NCBI RefSeq assembly: GCF_004010195.1
Contig: NC_057719.1
Coordinates: 67,539,048 to 67,603,047, forward strand
Direction: 5' to 3'
Length of the DNA: 64,000 nucleotides
DNA from: Chiloscyllium plagiosum
Taxonomy: Eukaryota
The translations under genes and the position numbers were made by a program. Shown piece by piece: positions 12,501-26,594 of this stretch; position 1 is the stretch's first letter; every line of letters begins with the position of its first letter. The notes beneath the pieces were generated by a model that saw only the letters and a program-made list of their open reading frames with translations, did not search any database and was not told the DNA's origin.

Positions 12501-14991
12501 ATTTAGCTTTTGCTAAATAAGATATATGAGTTGTTCAATTTTGGTTTTCTATTTATATTGATACATTCAGGATAACTATGATTCACACAATTAAACATCA
12601 ACAGTCCCAACAGGTCCTAATCTCCACCAATTGTAATATAGAACTTATTGAAACTCTTTTATCCATTATTCCACTCCCAATCAGTTACATGATTCCGACT
12701 TCACTAAGAAAGATTTGATGATCCGCTGGAAAATTGGTTGCACATTTGACATCACATTTGTTGGGTTTTGTTTCCCATGAATTCAGGCTTGGTTCAGAGA
12801 ACAAACAACATATAGCAAAACTGTGGCAATAAGAGCAGAAAAAAAAATTGACTTAGACTTGTGTGGTAGCGTAAATCATGAGAAACATTCTGTTAAATGC
12901 TACAAAATGCATTTAGTGCAGACATTCTTTTTCTTATTAGTTGCAAAACTACTTGTTTTGACTCATTTGAAAGAATCAGATATTATTGCAATATTTTTTA
13001 AAAATTCATTAGTGTATGCTAATTATTGCCTTGGGTAAAGAGAGAGGATCAGTTATTGCTAAGCACATTGAAGAATTGGAGGCAATCACAGAAATTACTG
13101 AAGTATTACAGCAGATGTGATTTTGGAATGCAGTCATCTGATGTTTTCCAGAAGTAATCATCGATTTTTTTTTAACTTGGCAGTCCAGGCTTGACAGTGT
13201 GTTATTTTCATCCTTTATCCAAGTCTGATAGTAAAAGAAAATCAATGAAGGTATTTGCAAATGGATCTTTCTTTTAACCAAAAAAGTCTGAATCTATTTG
13301 TTTGAATATGACATGTTCTGGTAAAACAGTGATTTTCTCTTTTCTTTCTCCTGAGCCAAGCAAAACCAAAGTACAAGGTAATTAATTTACTGCACACATT
13401 GCTCAGCACATTGCCTGCTGTTTGGTGACTGATCTATACATTATATGAAAAGCATCAAGACTTTTCTCACCAAATCCTAAATCTGCAAAGTAATTATTTT
13501 CACTCACGACATAAGAATATTCTGATTTCTTGAAATGTATTCAGAAAAATGTGTATACAACTGTTACACCTTAAGAAATTCAGGAAAAAATGTCAGCAAG
13601 AAATGCCCAAAAATAATTGTCTGAAAACCATTAATTCATTTCATTGTTAACATATGATTTGCCATCAGTAAAGGTTTTGTGCATCAAATTCTAAATCTTA
13701 TACAGAATCGATTAAACATTTTGATGTGGTATGAACCTGACTAAAATAACAAATAAAACTAATTCTAACCTAACTTTACAAAAGCTGAACTTAATTGCAG
13801 CCCAACATTACTGCCATAGCAACAGTCCCTGCATGAACACAATAAGCTGATGAAAGGGGTAATGTGGTTGCAAACAGTGTATGGCATAGAGAAAATGCCT
13901 CATAAACAAAAGTGTTTAGTTTCAAATAGATAGATTTTTCTGAAACATATCCTTGAGTCTGAATGCATTTTGGAGATGACAATTAGTGATTTTTTTCTGT
14001 TATCCTTACATTTAAACATATGGCTATGCAATTAGCTGCAGTAAAGATCTGGATCCAAAATCACAAATGTTAATGTCTTAAAAGACTGATCATTTAGCAC
14101 ATTGTGCCATAGGCAGTTTAAATTGCACAAAAAATCATTGTACCAGATTAAGACAGCCAAGTTGGCAAGCACTGAAAAGTATTTTTTTTTATTATGCTTT
14201 TGGTGTCTTGAGAAACAGTTCTGTTAATTCAGAAAGCTGCTGGCAATTTGGGAGAAAATGGGAAAGAGCAAGCTTTGAGAATGCTACTGCAGAGTTAGAT
14301 ATTGGCATCAAATTGGAAAGTGCAAATGGTAATGTGTAAATATGACAGGAAGAAATTGTGGGACAGCCTGTGATACTCAGCTACATTTAATATACCAGGC
14401 ATGGCTACAGTATTAAATATATTTAATGAACCACAAAAATGTTTCAACACTGCATGAGGTGAAATTCCTGATTAGGATTATGAATAAATACATTTGTGGA
14501 AAAAATCTTGAATCTGGTCAAAGGTGTTTACTAAGACAAAAATCTAGCACTGCCACTGATAGATCAGATGAAGAATAAGACATCGAATACACATTTGAAA
14601 TATTCTCTCAAAGAAAACTGCAGTATAATTAATCTGTATAGCAATCATGGATTGGGTATTAATAGTCCTGAGTGTATTTGAAGGTGAAAACCCTGGGAGG
14701 CTTGCACCCTCTACATACATAAGTAAATTGTGCTTTAAATATTCATTAAACATGGTTATTTTGTATTTGTTCTTTTCAATGGACTTCAGAATCAGCTAAT
14801 TAATGATCTAGTTAGGATCTTAAATCCTCTTATACTGATGAAATAATAAAAAAATCCAAATTGCCTTTGTTTTAATTATTCAACGATTTATCATAATAGA
14901 TATTTAAATAAAGAATGCCCCAATCCACACAAATCAATTCTGTACCAATCTCTGTTATTTAAATCTACAGGATTTACCCATAAGAAAAATG

Positions 14992-15036
14992 GTGTGTGTG
15001 TGTGTGTCTATATATATATATATATATAAATATATA
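14992..15036. repeat. (GT)n(AT)n compound microsatellite
   Basis: GTGTGTGTGTGTGTGTCTATATATATATATATATAAATATAT. Confidence 0.95.
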
Positions 15037-16764
15037 TTAAATGCTTAATTTGCACCAATGCTTATTGTATACACTATACTCATTGTACCGGTCACTAGCT
15101 CTAGGCTAGGACTTTATATGCTAGAGCAATGAACGAAGAAAATCCCTTAACCTACACAGTTGTATGCCTGCATGAACACTGATTAAAACTAGACACCTAG
15201 GTTACCAGTTTGCAGAACTAGCTGATGGAAAGTTTTTTTCTCTACAGGATTAGTGGAAGAAAGAAACTTCATTTTAGTTTCAACGCAACTTACTGGATGG
15301 ATTGTCATTGTGCTTCAGTCTTTTAAAAGTGCATTGAAAGACTGTACTGAAAATGATTGAGTTATCTCACCTTTTATTCGTGAAAGTGAAATAGTAAAGT
15401 ATTGATTCTTTTAATATGCATATAAATCTTGAAAATATGAAAGTTTGTTGAAAACATAAATATTTTATGTTGCTACTTGTATAAGAAATGCACAGCGAGA
15501 TCATTTAATCCTAGCAGTAGGGTTCTTCTCATTAGTATAATAGCCAAAACTAATTATTTAAACTCATATAGTGGTTTAATTTCCTCGTAATCCACCTAGA
15601 GTGTGTTAAATTAGAGCTAATTGTAACTCCCAGGCTACTTTAACGTATTTTCAGTTCCACATAACTTAACACAAACAAAGCACACAATCTGATCAGTCCC
15701 ACTAGAAGGTTGCTTAATCATTCTTTAACCAGCACAATTGGCATATAAGAGTTACAAATAGTGCAATGAGTAAATACAGCTGTGGAGTGAGCAATGCAAT
15801 CTCTGTGTAGCTCCATGCAGAATATGAAATACAATGGAGAGAATAAGATGCAGTAATATTTAATCTGCAGACATTGTGGCAGCATGAGGGAAGAGGACAT
15901 TGAACAAATTAAGCAAGGGGCCCATCAGACATGGAAATCAATTGGCACCAGCCACTGTTGTGCTGTACGTTTATTATAAGGAAGATCTCCGTTTCAAAGA
16001 AAAAGGGTTAAAAATAACAATGGCTATTAGTTCTCACAGTATTATGGACAAATCTAAGCCACAATTACCTTATTTTGGAATACAGACCCATGAAGGGCAA
16101 TTACCTTACCTTGTAATACATGGACCTGATGTATAATTATCATGCATTGCTAAGTTTGAATATTATATTAACATCAATGACAATCAAAGAAAACAGTGCA
16201 CATCAGTCATGGTTTAATGATTAGTTTCAATAAACAATGTTGTTTACTTGACTTAATGCATTAGTATAATACAACTGCAGAATAAAAGGCAGGTAAATAC
16301 TGCAGAAAGAAAAATCTATATAATAAAAATACTTTGGATCCAGTTCAGAGATAAAATAACTCAGCCCCTATGGACAATTTTATGAATGCAAAGAAAATTG
16401 TGGATTGTACATTCAAAACTTTTTCATATACATGCCTAATGAGCTTGTTGCCAGCAACTCGCAATTATAAACTTGATCTAATCTCTTCAGTTAGGTAAAC
16501 ATTCTATTCTACCCAGCAATGCTATATGACCAAATGGGGATACTTTCTTCCCTGCAATACTTAATGCACATTACAGAAAAAAGTAATTATCCACAGGTGA
16601 TAATGTACACTAAATGGTAGGAGGTTGTGAAATATCAAATTCTTCATGCAAAAGCAATATTGTTATTTCCGGGCACATGCTTTAAACAAGTTAGGGAGGA
16701 TCAGTGGTCAAAGCTTTTGGTTGAGCAAGGGCAGCTCTCGGTTAGATGTGAGATGATGATTTTG

Positions 16765-17452
16765 GTTTCATTTTTTTCGGTGGATGTGGGAAGTGCTGAC
16801 TAGGCCAGTATTAATTGTCCATTCCTAACTGTCATTCAGAAGGAGGTGTTGTTGAGCTGCTTTCTTTAAATGCTGTAGGCCATCTGGGGAAGTTAAATTC
16901 AACCAGTGCCTTTGGAAAAGAGTTCCAGGATTTTGCCACAGCAACAGAGAAAGAATGACAGTGTGGTTCTTAGTTACATTGGCCTCTGGTCTGAAGAGCA
17001 ACATCCCCTTTTTCCATGAATTTTCTACCTGACTTATGCCTTGTAGATGGACAGTACGTTTAGGAGATGAGTTAATCAAGGTACGGTTCAGAACCGCTGA
17101 ACTGTTTGTGTAGTCACTGAATTTAAGTGACTGGTTCAGTTCAGATTTTGGTCAATGACAACCCCACAGAAGAAGTTAGTAGGAGATTCAGTGACAGTAA
17201 GGCCATTGAATGTCAAAGAATGATGATTAATTTATTTTTCTTGTTGGAGATAGATATTTCCTGGCATTTTTGTGGCTCAACTGTGACTTACCACTTATTC
17301 TCCTAAGTCTGAATGCTTTCCAGGTCTTGCTAAATGCAGGCAGACTGCTTTTCTATCTGGGTGGTCATAAATGGTACTTGACGACATAATCATCAGCAGA
17401 CATCCCCATCTGAAACCTTATAATGCAGCCATGGTCATTTATGAAGCATTGA
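16765..17452 (-). mobile_element. Fragment of a second non-LTR family (CR1/L2 group), same family as 26595-27425
   Basis: Reverse-complement similarity to 26600-26870 and to its 3' UTR (27320-27420). Confidence 0.75.
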
Positions 17453-17454
17453 CT

Positions 17455-18160
17455 TATAGAACATAGAAAATAAAACAGTATAGCACAGGTGCAGGCCTTT
17501 TGGTCCACCACATCTATGCCAATTATGATGCAATTCGAAACTAATCGCATCTGCCTGCACATGGTCCACATTTTTTTTATTCCCTACCTGTTCATGTGTC
17601 TGTCTAAACACCTCCTAAACATTGTTATCATATCTGTTTCCAGCACCTTCCTGGGATTTACCACCCTCTGTGTAAACAATTTGCCTTGCACATCTGCTTT
17701 AAACTGTCCCCCTCTTACCTTAAACCCAAGACCCACAGTATTTGGCATTTCCACTCTGGAAAAAGACCACAACTATTCACCATATACATGTCTCTCATAA
17801 TTTTAAATACTTTTATCAGGTCACCCCGCTAACCTCCAATGTATTAGTGAAAACAATCCAAGTTTGTCCTGGATCACCTCTGACTGATAATCTCCAAGCC
17901 AGGCAATATCCTGTAAACCTCCTTTCCACCTTCTCCAAAACCTTCATATCCTTCCTATAGTGTGGTGACCAGAAAAGCACATAATACTCTAAATGTGTTC
18001 TAACTAAAGCTTTATGCCATGACTTGTCAACTATTATACTCAGTGCCTTTACCAATGAAGAGAACCATACCTTAAACCTTCTTACTATCTTATCCACTTT
18101 CAGGGAGCTATGCACCGTCTATATATCAATGATCCTAAGGGACCTGCTTTTTATTGTATA
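17455..18160 (-). mobile_element. CR1 LINE 3' fragment
   Basis: ORFs [23 protein letters not shown] and FKVRGGQFKADVQGKLFTQRVV; tail ATAGAACATAGAA on the + strand. Confidence 0.9.
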
Positions 18161-19374
18161 AAACTAAGATTTAATTCTACTCCTTCAGAGAGTTGATTGT
18201 TTCCCATTTCACTCCCAACTGGATCTTCATTTTATAACTGTTTCATATATTACATTTTGCTTCATGTCACTTTACTAAAAGGTTTCTGATCGTGGTCTTG
18301 TTTATGATCGTGGTACTGTTTATCTATGTCACAGACTAAGAAATGCCATGGTTTTTAATAGTCTGCCCTGAAATTCCTCAAGAATTGAATTATACATAGC
18401 CATTTATGCCTTCCAAAAGATGCTGAAAATACAATCAGAAGAGTTGATTTTCATTAAATTGAATGTGCTAAACTCATTATTTCTATTCATGACAAAGAAT
18501 ACCTTGCTTTGACCAGTTCAGTGAGGACATCAACAGTATATTTGCTGGTTATTATGTTTGAGGGTTTATTTAAGTAACTTTGATCAATGCACAGGAGCAC
18601 TTTTATCATTCCCTTTCATCATTGCCATCATTGAAGAGACCTGGACTGTCAGCAAACTGCCTTATGCAACAGTTGTCATATCATGACAACTTGCTTTACT
18701 GGGACAGTTTGGAAATGGTACATTGGAATTGACTTGTAGGTGCAAACTGACTTCTAACTTTCCTCTCCTTTGAAGGGTCCTTGTTACATAGATAAAAATC
18801 TTGTCTCAGTAATGAGCATTCAATAAACATAATTGCTAGTTGATGATTCACTGTCACAAGTTGTATATGTTAAAATGATTCTCGCACCTTAAAACCAAAT
18901 TACATCCACTGAGCAACATTTGAACACAATCCTACATTTCTATCTGTTACTAAATTTCAAATGTTCCTTCTCCTCAGCCCCCACTACTCCAAAGTTTAAT
19001 TTCTATTTTATTAGAAATAAAGCAATGAAGTCTTCAAGTGCTGAAGTGTTTGTTCCATTATTTCAATGTCCATGCTATTTGTTCATAGATATAGAAAACA
19101 AGCCAGGTAAAACTTTAATGTGTTGTGGAATGTATGCAAATTGGTGTACAGTTTGTTAAGCATATTTTAGCAAATTCAACAGCCAAAATACCATCACTTG
19201 AATCACCAGTCACTTTATTTTCAATAATTTGTAGGTGAAAATGACTTTATTTTAACTTCTGTACTTTGTACATATTTGTATTAAACAGTTTGGCTACAAG
19301 AGCAGATCAGAGGCTGGGCATGGTGTAGAAAGTTACTCACCTTCTTGTTAATTTCTGCTTAATCATGTTAAGGA

Positions 19375-19905
19375 TTTTTAAGTCAACCTGTATGACACAT
19401 CTCTGGAGCAAGTGTGATTTGAATCCAGGCCTTCTAGCTCAAAGATAAGAACACTACCATTGCGTCACAAGAATCCTTTGTTAATTTTTTTTTCATTATC
19501 AAGAATGTGTTCTTACATAAAACTGAATCTTCCATCACCATATCACCCAAAGTACTTTTCACCCATTATCCACTACCATTAAATTACCAGCATTCCCAAT
19601 TAATGAAATTATGTGCAGTGCCCCACAAGGGCAATTGTTAAGTTTCTTAATGCTTTTACTTAAGAGTAAAAGGCATTGGCTATTAATTATCTGAGTACAT
19701 ACAAATAAGGAGTTGTATGCCTGTGGCACAGGAGGTCTAGATTCAAGTCCCACTTGTTCCAGAGGTTTGTAATAACATCACTGTACAGGCTGATTAAAAA
19801 ATATATAAAAACACACAATAAGGAATTGTACTCCTACTTCTGGACCTTGAGATCCAGTTTCAAAATCCCACCTGCTCTAGTGGTGTATCAGAACAGGTTG
19901 ACTGA
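19375..19905. mobile_element. Three short tRNA-head SINE-like copies (19375-19475 minus; 19714-19800 and 19820-19905 plus)
   Basis: B-box-like AGATTCAAGTCCCAC followed by TGTTCCAGAGGTTTGTAATAACA; related copies at 23505-23745. Confidence 0.6.
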
Positions 19906-20159
19906 AAAAAAGTCATATTATTAATGACATCATGTGCAAAATGAGAGCAGTAAGATTGGGGAAGTCATTACAACTCTCTCCACCTGTCTTGATTTCAAAC
20001 TTACTAACAGGCTTGCAATCTATTTACAGTGGTATAGAGGATGGTTGCCAAAAGGTGGAGATTGAAGAGATTTATTTCTTAGAGAAGGTGATAATTTGAG
20101 TTACTTTTGAAAGAATGGTTGAAACCAATTGAAAACTGTAGGGATCCGACTTCCCACCA

Positions 20160-20670
20160 ATGTTTTGTGAAGCTGAACATTATGAGGCCATGTCTGGAGT
20201 ACTATGTACAGTTAGGTTTGCCTTATTTAAGAAAGCATATAAATGCATTAGAAGCAGTTCAGAGAAGCATCACGTGACAAACGCCAAAGTTGGGAGCTGT
20301 TACCTTATGAGGAAAGGTTGGAAGGCTGGGCAAGTATCCATTGGAACAGATCAGATCTTGAGATCATGGACAGGTTGGATGCTGAAAAATGTTTCCCCTT
20401 GTCAGAGAGACTAGAAAGGGAAGTCACAGTTTAAAGAAAAAGTCTCTCATTTAAGACAGAGATGAAGTTTTTAAAATCTCTTTCAGAGCATTGTAAGTCT
20501 TTGGAAGCCTCTTCTCCAGAGAGCAGTGGAGGCATAGTTATTGTATATTTTAGGTCCAACCTGTTGAAAGTGGAGTGTATTCAGTTAATTGTAGACCCAG
20601 CAATGTATTATTCTTACCATAAGGAGAAACTAACAGAAATAGATAGATTCTTGACCAATAACAGTGGTTG
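20160..20670 (+). mobile_element. Degraded CR1 LINE 3' fragment
   Basis: CTGGAGTACTATGTACAGTT...AAATGCATTAGAAGCAGTTCAGAGAAG; GAAATAGATAGATTCTTG. Confidence 0.75.
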
Positions 20671-21114
20671 ATGTTCAAAAGTAAATCATTGGTTGTGAAA
20701 TGCTTTAGGATATTTTGAGGAGATAGTTGTATCTTTCTTTCACTGGCAGCATTATGTGACTTACTGCTGTTACACTACCAACTTACATTGTCTCATATTG
20801 CAAACCACCTGCAGGGCTGACTAAACTTTAGAAACAGTTGCTTCAGCAATGCAAAGATGTGCTGGACAATATATTTTCTCCAGAAGACAATCCACTATAA
20901 GTAATTTCCTGAGGGCCACAAAGGCCTCACTGAAATGGCAGAAGCTAGGTTTCTGGTAGGCTCTTTCCAGGGTGACAATTCGTTTGCTTACTCTTCAGGT
21001 CAATGTGACCCTCAAAATATGTATATAGTCAACTGTCCACAAAACCAAGCATAGCTTCCTGCCCATGATTAAGGTTGAAAACAATAGATTATGTATCCCT
21101 AGAGTTTTATATCA

Positions 21115-21590
21115 CACAGAGTCATAGAGATGTGCAGCACGGAAACAGACCCTTCGGTCTAACTCATTCATGCCGACCAGATATTCCAACCCAATCTAGT
21201 CCCACCTGCCAGCACCCGGCCCATATCCTTCCAAACCCTTTCTATTCATATACCCATCCAGATGCCTTTTAAATGTTGCAATTGTACCAGCCTCCACCAC
21301 ATCCTCTGGCAGCTCATTCCATACATGTACAACACTCTGCGTGAAAAAGTTGGCCCTTAATCTCTTTCATCTCTTTCCCCTCTCAACCTAAATCTATGTC
21401 CTCTAGTTCTGGACTCCCCCACCCCAGGGAAGAGACTTTGTCTATTTACCCTATCCATGCTCATGATTTTATAAACCTCTATAAGGTCACCCTTCAGCCT
21501 GTGATGCTCCAGGGAAAACAGCCCCAGCCTATTCAACCTCTTCTTATAGCTCAAATCCTCCAACATTGGAAATATCTTTGTAAATCTCCA
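21115..21590 (-). mobile_element. HER1/CR1 LINE 3' end (relatively young)
   Basis: ORF 21357-21614 RFTKIFPMLEDLSYKKRLNRLGLFSLE; tail AGAGTCATAGAGATGTGCAGCACGGAAACAGACCC. Confidence 0.93.
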
Positions 21591-23504
21591 TGTGCATCCA
21601 ACCCCCTTTCCCAAACAGCTTTTTAATTCTTTTTTAATAGTTTCAAAACGCTTAAATGAAAGTGTTCAAAGAAAGTGAAACAATACGACATTACTCTTTA
21701 ATTCCTGGAGACTCCAAGACAATTCTGAAGGATTGACAATACTGCCTGTGTTCACATACCATAAGACAGCAGTAAACCATTGCATTGGCAAGAGCGTGCT
21801 GAAGCAGTGTGACAACCTAATAACAAATTGAGAGTAAACAATACTGCTTACTGCTTGGAAAAAGGTCAAATCTCTAGAAAAATAATGTTTGTTGTTCAGT
21901 TGCAGCCTTGCATACAGCAGATTCTAGACTTGGCTCACTTTCAAGTCCAGACCTGAAGCTGCGTGACAAGCTCATACTTAACTAACAGGTAGGAGAAGGT
22001 ACAAAAATTGGCCCTTTCCCAAAGAGGGAGACCATAACTAGATTGTCCGGGACATCAGCAGTGGCCCGTAGCTAAGTCTGGGAAGAGAAGGGACTGGGAG
22101 TAGACTGCTGAGTTGTGGTGGTTGGGCTGCGGTGATGAGAGTGGAGATTGCGACTTTTTTGGAGCAATGTCTCAGGCAGTAGCTAAGAGAGCTACATCTT
22201 AAGACCTTTCATTATGAGGAGCCTGCAAGTATGGGCAAAAGACTAAGTTTCAAATTTTCAAGTAATTAGTTGAAGGCAAAGAAGATGGGGGAGAAAAGTC
22301 TCTCTAAAAATAGCTATTTTTACTCTGATGTGATAAAAATATATGGCTACATAATTATCAAATGGAACAGCACTGCTTGGATATTAAGCATGATCAGAAA
22401 GCTTTGATTTACTCCCATCCTCTATTGAAGAATGCCGTACTCAGACTCCCAGGCTCCTGTGTCTCACATTGATGAACTACCTGCAATGATGCAGGTCAGA
22501 AGCACCTCAGAGAGTCATTCCTTTCCTTTGACCTCAGGGAGTCACATGACATGTTTGTACACTTCAATCACTAAATTAAAGCTTTTTAAATTGAATTTTC
22601 AGGACAATAATAAATACAAAAGTACTTTTTGAATTTCAAAACCGTTTCCTTTTAATAAATATTTTACACAAATTAATAATGTGTGAAAAACACTCCCTTT
22701 TTCTTGACACCAGGTAAGTATATGGATTATTAAAATTTATATATTGTACTTTTTACTTCTACTTGTAAACATAAATGATTGTAGTCAAATAATTTCTTTA
22801 GGGTTTATTTCTTAATTTTATTATAATAAATTATTAAATAAATAATATTAAAATCATAATTTTCATATTACTATTTTATTTAATATGCTAAAGGTCAGTT
22901 GAAAATGAAGTGAACATTTGAAAGCAGATGTCAGAAGAGAAAAAAACAGCAGCTTAAATGATGACTGAAGAGAATTGGCCATGCCCCCAGCATCTGCCTC
23001 TGTTTAGGAGGATAGTACAGGCTAACAAGTGTTTTTAATGACAGGGAAAACTCAGTTGAAATTCAAAATCATGACAATTCTGAGGATTACAGAAAAACTT
23101 CAGTTAATGGAGGCAACGTGAGTCAATCTCATGCTGGGGAGCAGGTGAACAATGAGCAATACCACTGGAGGCATGCAGTTTGAATGGGTTACTGAAGTTG
23201 TGTGCAGGTCAACAGAATGTGGACTATCTTTTGGAGGAAGCAATGAAATATTTGGCTTACCATATAACAGAACTTTCCCAGCTTGATAGAACTCATTGCT
23301 TGGTTTAAGTATTCTTTGCCAATCATATATAACATTGTGAGTGCAGTGCAGCTGAGAAGATGTCTAAAACAATATGTGATGAACTTATTTGTTTTATGTC
23401 TGGAAATGTAAAATAATACATTTTGGAAGACTTGAAGAAGCAGGATGCTTCTGTTTGTAGATTCTACACCACTGCATTAACATGTTGACAAACTTGTCTT
23501 TTAA

Positions 23505-23745
23505 TCAATCATTTCAGAGATATTATTACACACCTCTGGAGCAGTTGAGACTTAAATGGAAGCCTCCAGGCACAGGGGCAGGAACACAACTACTGTACTA
23601 CACAAGCACCTGCAAATATTTTTATTAGCCTAGTTTTTCAAACCATCTTTTCAGAGATATAATTACACACTTCTGGAGCATGTGGGACTTGAAACTAGGC
23701 CTCCTGTTTCAGGCGTAGGGATTCTACCACTACACCACAAGTGAA
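23505..23745 (-). mobile_element. Two tandem short tRNA-head SINE-like copies
   Basis: Repeated TTTCAGAGATAT.ATTACACAC.TCTGGAGCA...GACTT at ~23512 and ~23649. Confidence 0.65.
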
Positions 23746-23776
23746 CCCATGTTGAACCCATGTTGAACCCATGTTG
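23742..23776 (+). repeat. Three tandem copies of the 11-mer TGAACCCATGT at the SINE 5' junction
   Basis: TGAACCCATGT x3 immediately before the HE1 head. Confidence 0.9.
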
Positions 23777-24087
23777 GGTGGCACATTGGCTCAGTGGTCA
23801 GCACTGCTGCCTCATTGCACCAGGAACCCAGGTTCGATTCCCACCTCGGGCGACTGTCTTTATGGAGTTTGCACATTCTCCCCATGTCTGCATGGGTTTC
23901 CTCCCACAATCTATAGATGTGCAGGTCAGGTAAATTGGCCATGCTAAATTGCCCATAGTGTTAGGTGCATTAGTCAGGGGTAAATGTAGGGTAGGGGAAT
24001 GGTTCTGGGTGGGCTACACTTCAAAGGGTTGGTGTGGATTTGTTGGGCCAGATGGTCTATTTCCATACTGTAGGGAATCTAATCTAA
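23776..24087 (+). mobile_element. HE1-type SINE
   Basis: GGGTGGCACATTGGCTCAGTGGTCAGC (A box), GGTTCGATTCC (B box), tail CTGTAGGGAATCTAATCTAA. Confidence 0.93.
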
Positions 24088-26594
24088 ACTAACTGCTATG
24101 GTCAAATATGTATCACCTGTTTGTTGCTTTCTAATTTTCTTTAAATTTGAAAAGGATTGTAGTGTATGTACAGCCAATAGGCTGTTGGACTCTCAAGGTA
24201 TTGACTGCAATCTTGATTTAAGTAAGAGTAGAGGATATGATAATGCAGCTAATATGGCAGAAAGGTATTATCGCCGTGGCAAAAACATTTAGAGAAAAGC
24301 AAGTATGTTATATATATATATTCCATGTGATGGGCTTTCACTGAATCTTGTTAGCTCTGTTGCAACTGATTGTTGCTTGGATACAGTAAATTGATTTGCT
24401 TTCATGCAACAAACATTGTTCTCTGTTACAAACCTTCTACAAACCCACTGAAAAGTACTCAAATAATTTCTGGATACTGATTCTACCTGATCAAAGTACC
24501 TCTCTGACTATTGGTGGGAAGCACAGGCAAAGGCACTTCAGCCAGAGCTAATTATTAACACTCTTATTCGTCTTCATACTGCTGACAGTGAAAAAGGTGA
24601 TACAAGAGACAGGCTGGCACTCTGCAGGGGAAAGTGGGGGAATTAGAGTTTGTGTCAAGGAAGCTTCAAAAACCAGCAACGTCCTCCTGGATGCACACAC
24701 CATCCTTAGTACATGTGCAAAACTTTACACATTGCTCTCTTGCTTCTAGAAGAAATCTGAGAAAGCTTTGACAAATTTAATCAAATCAACACAAAACTTT
24801 CTTGATGTAGACTACAAGTGTGAGATTTAAGAGGAAAAAATGAGAAAGAAGTCAATGATGGTGATGCACCCAATAATGATGATACACTTTCTCCAAGCAA
24901 CAAGTTGCAAGTGAAATCTTGGGATGGGTGCATTTGAAAGCAACTTGAAGAAATGAGCAATCATATGCAAAAATGTTGCAAACAATGTCTCATGTTTGAT
25001 TTATTTAGATACTCCAGAAATACTGTTGTGTAACAGTTTAAATTTTGAGATGAAAGATTATCCTGATGATATTATTGTTAACCTCATTAAAGAAATAAAG
25101 TACAGGTGTTTTCATGTTTATACCCAGGAAAATTATTCAGATAAAGAATGCTTCTGCCATCAGGATCTGTATCAAGTTATCATTCAAGATAATATTCAGT
25201 TGGATTTCCCTGATCTAGAAGCAATATAACAGCTCCCTTTGAATCTATTGGTAACAAACATTTGTGAAGAAAGGTCATTTTTGTGACTGAAGATCATCAA
25301 GGATAAACTGCAGACAACAATGTTGCTGAAAACGCTCTCTACTCAGCAATATATGTATAGAGAATGATAAACTTTCAGAGCTCATTATTTGAGGGCAATA
25401 TCAGTTACTTCACTATCCAAAAATCACAAAAGAAAATATTTTAAATGGTTTGCAGGTTGTTTCCATTAAATTTGTGCTGATCTATGTAATTGCTCTTGTG
25501 TCACTGTATTTAAAGGTTTTCATATATGCTAACTCAGAAATCATAACGTCTTTTCATTTGAAAGTATTTCAGAATACAGATAAGCTGATTGGAACTTACA
25601 TGGCTTAGTTTAGCTTTTTTATTGTCTTTGCCTATGTATGCATGCAATTATCAAGCTTCAACATTTCTATTTTCATTGCCCTTTCTGTTAGAATAATGCT
25701 TTTCTTTTGGTAAAGCTGTTGGGCCTCTTAAGCTTGACATAGTTTAGACCTTAGCACATCAAAACCTGGCCCTACTTTGGAGTCTGGGACAAAAAAAAAA
25801 CAGTACTAATGCTGTCTCTACCTGATTGAGCATTTCACTATTTTACTCCCAGGTACTATTATTTGTGCATGTGTTGAAGTTGCTGCATGGTACCGTAAAA
25901 CAAACATATAAATTTACACCTCCTTAAAGATACACTTAACATTTGCACTGCTGCTAAATTTGAGAACTAATTAGGTGCTCTTTTCTTGAAGTAACATGAA
26001 ACTGGAGTACTTTAAAATAAATTACATGGCGAGATTTTATGGTATTCACTCTGGAAAACATTTATGTTCAGCTGATTGAAAGTTCAAAGTGAGGTAACAG
26101 TGATTATGCACTTTGACACAATGACCTATGTGTAATGGTGACAAAGGCATTTCTTTAAAAAGAGGTTTATCCACTCGGAATGCAGCAAACCTCTTTCTCT
26201 TCCAAACAATGACTTAAACTACTCAGTACGACAGACAAAAGAATCTCTATGCCTTCCACTTTAAAAAATTGTTTTGGAGTAGTACCTCATAAATGCTCTC
26301 AAAATAATACAAGTGGCACTTTGATTACAGCCCCATTTTGTTTACTTAAGTGGCTCTTTTGAAGTATTTGTGATACTATCTTAGGTTTATAAATAAAATG
26401 TTAGCACTGCAGACATTATTGTTGGCAACATTAATTTAGTACAATCATATGACATTTCTGTGACCATAAATTGTGCAATACAAATAAAAGGGTTTCTTGC
26501 CTAAATTTCTTTTGGAGAAGAAGCTAGGTTGCTGATTTGTTACTTGCTCTAAAATCAGATCCCTCAGAGTAACAACATTCTTCATTCATCCTTC

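Larger units (their letters stand above)
23250..25445 (+). pseudogene. Decayed hAT-superfamily (ZMYM1-like) transposase, interrupted by SINEs
   Basis: Fragmented motifs SKTICDELI..VDSTP (~23360-23470), RGYDNAANMA (~24230), YIPC...SLNLV (~24320), and an hATC dimerisation-like FPDLEAI...EERSF..LKIIKDKLQTTM (~25205-25325). Confidence 0.85.

Noticed and set aside
19559..19753. Peptide ISLIGNAGNLMVV resembling a GPCR TM1
   Set aside because: Too short and not hydrophobic enough, ends in a stop, starts within a SINE-like repeat, and lacks proper splice sites.
23776..23850. tRNA-like A/B boxes (also at ~11000-11061 and ~53650-53722)
   Set aside because: These are SINE heads continuous with the HE1 body, not tRNA genes.
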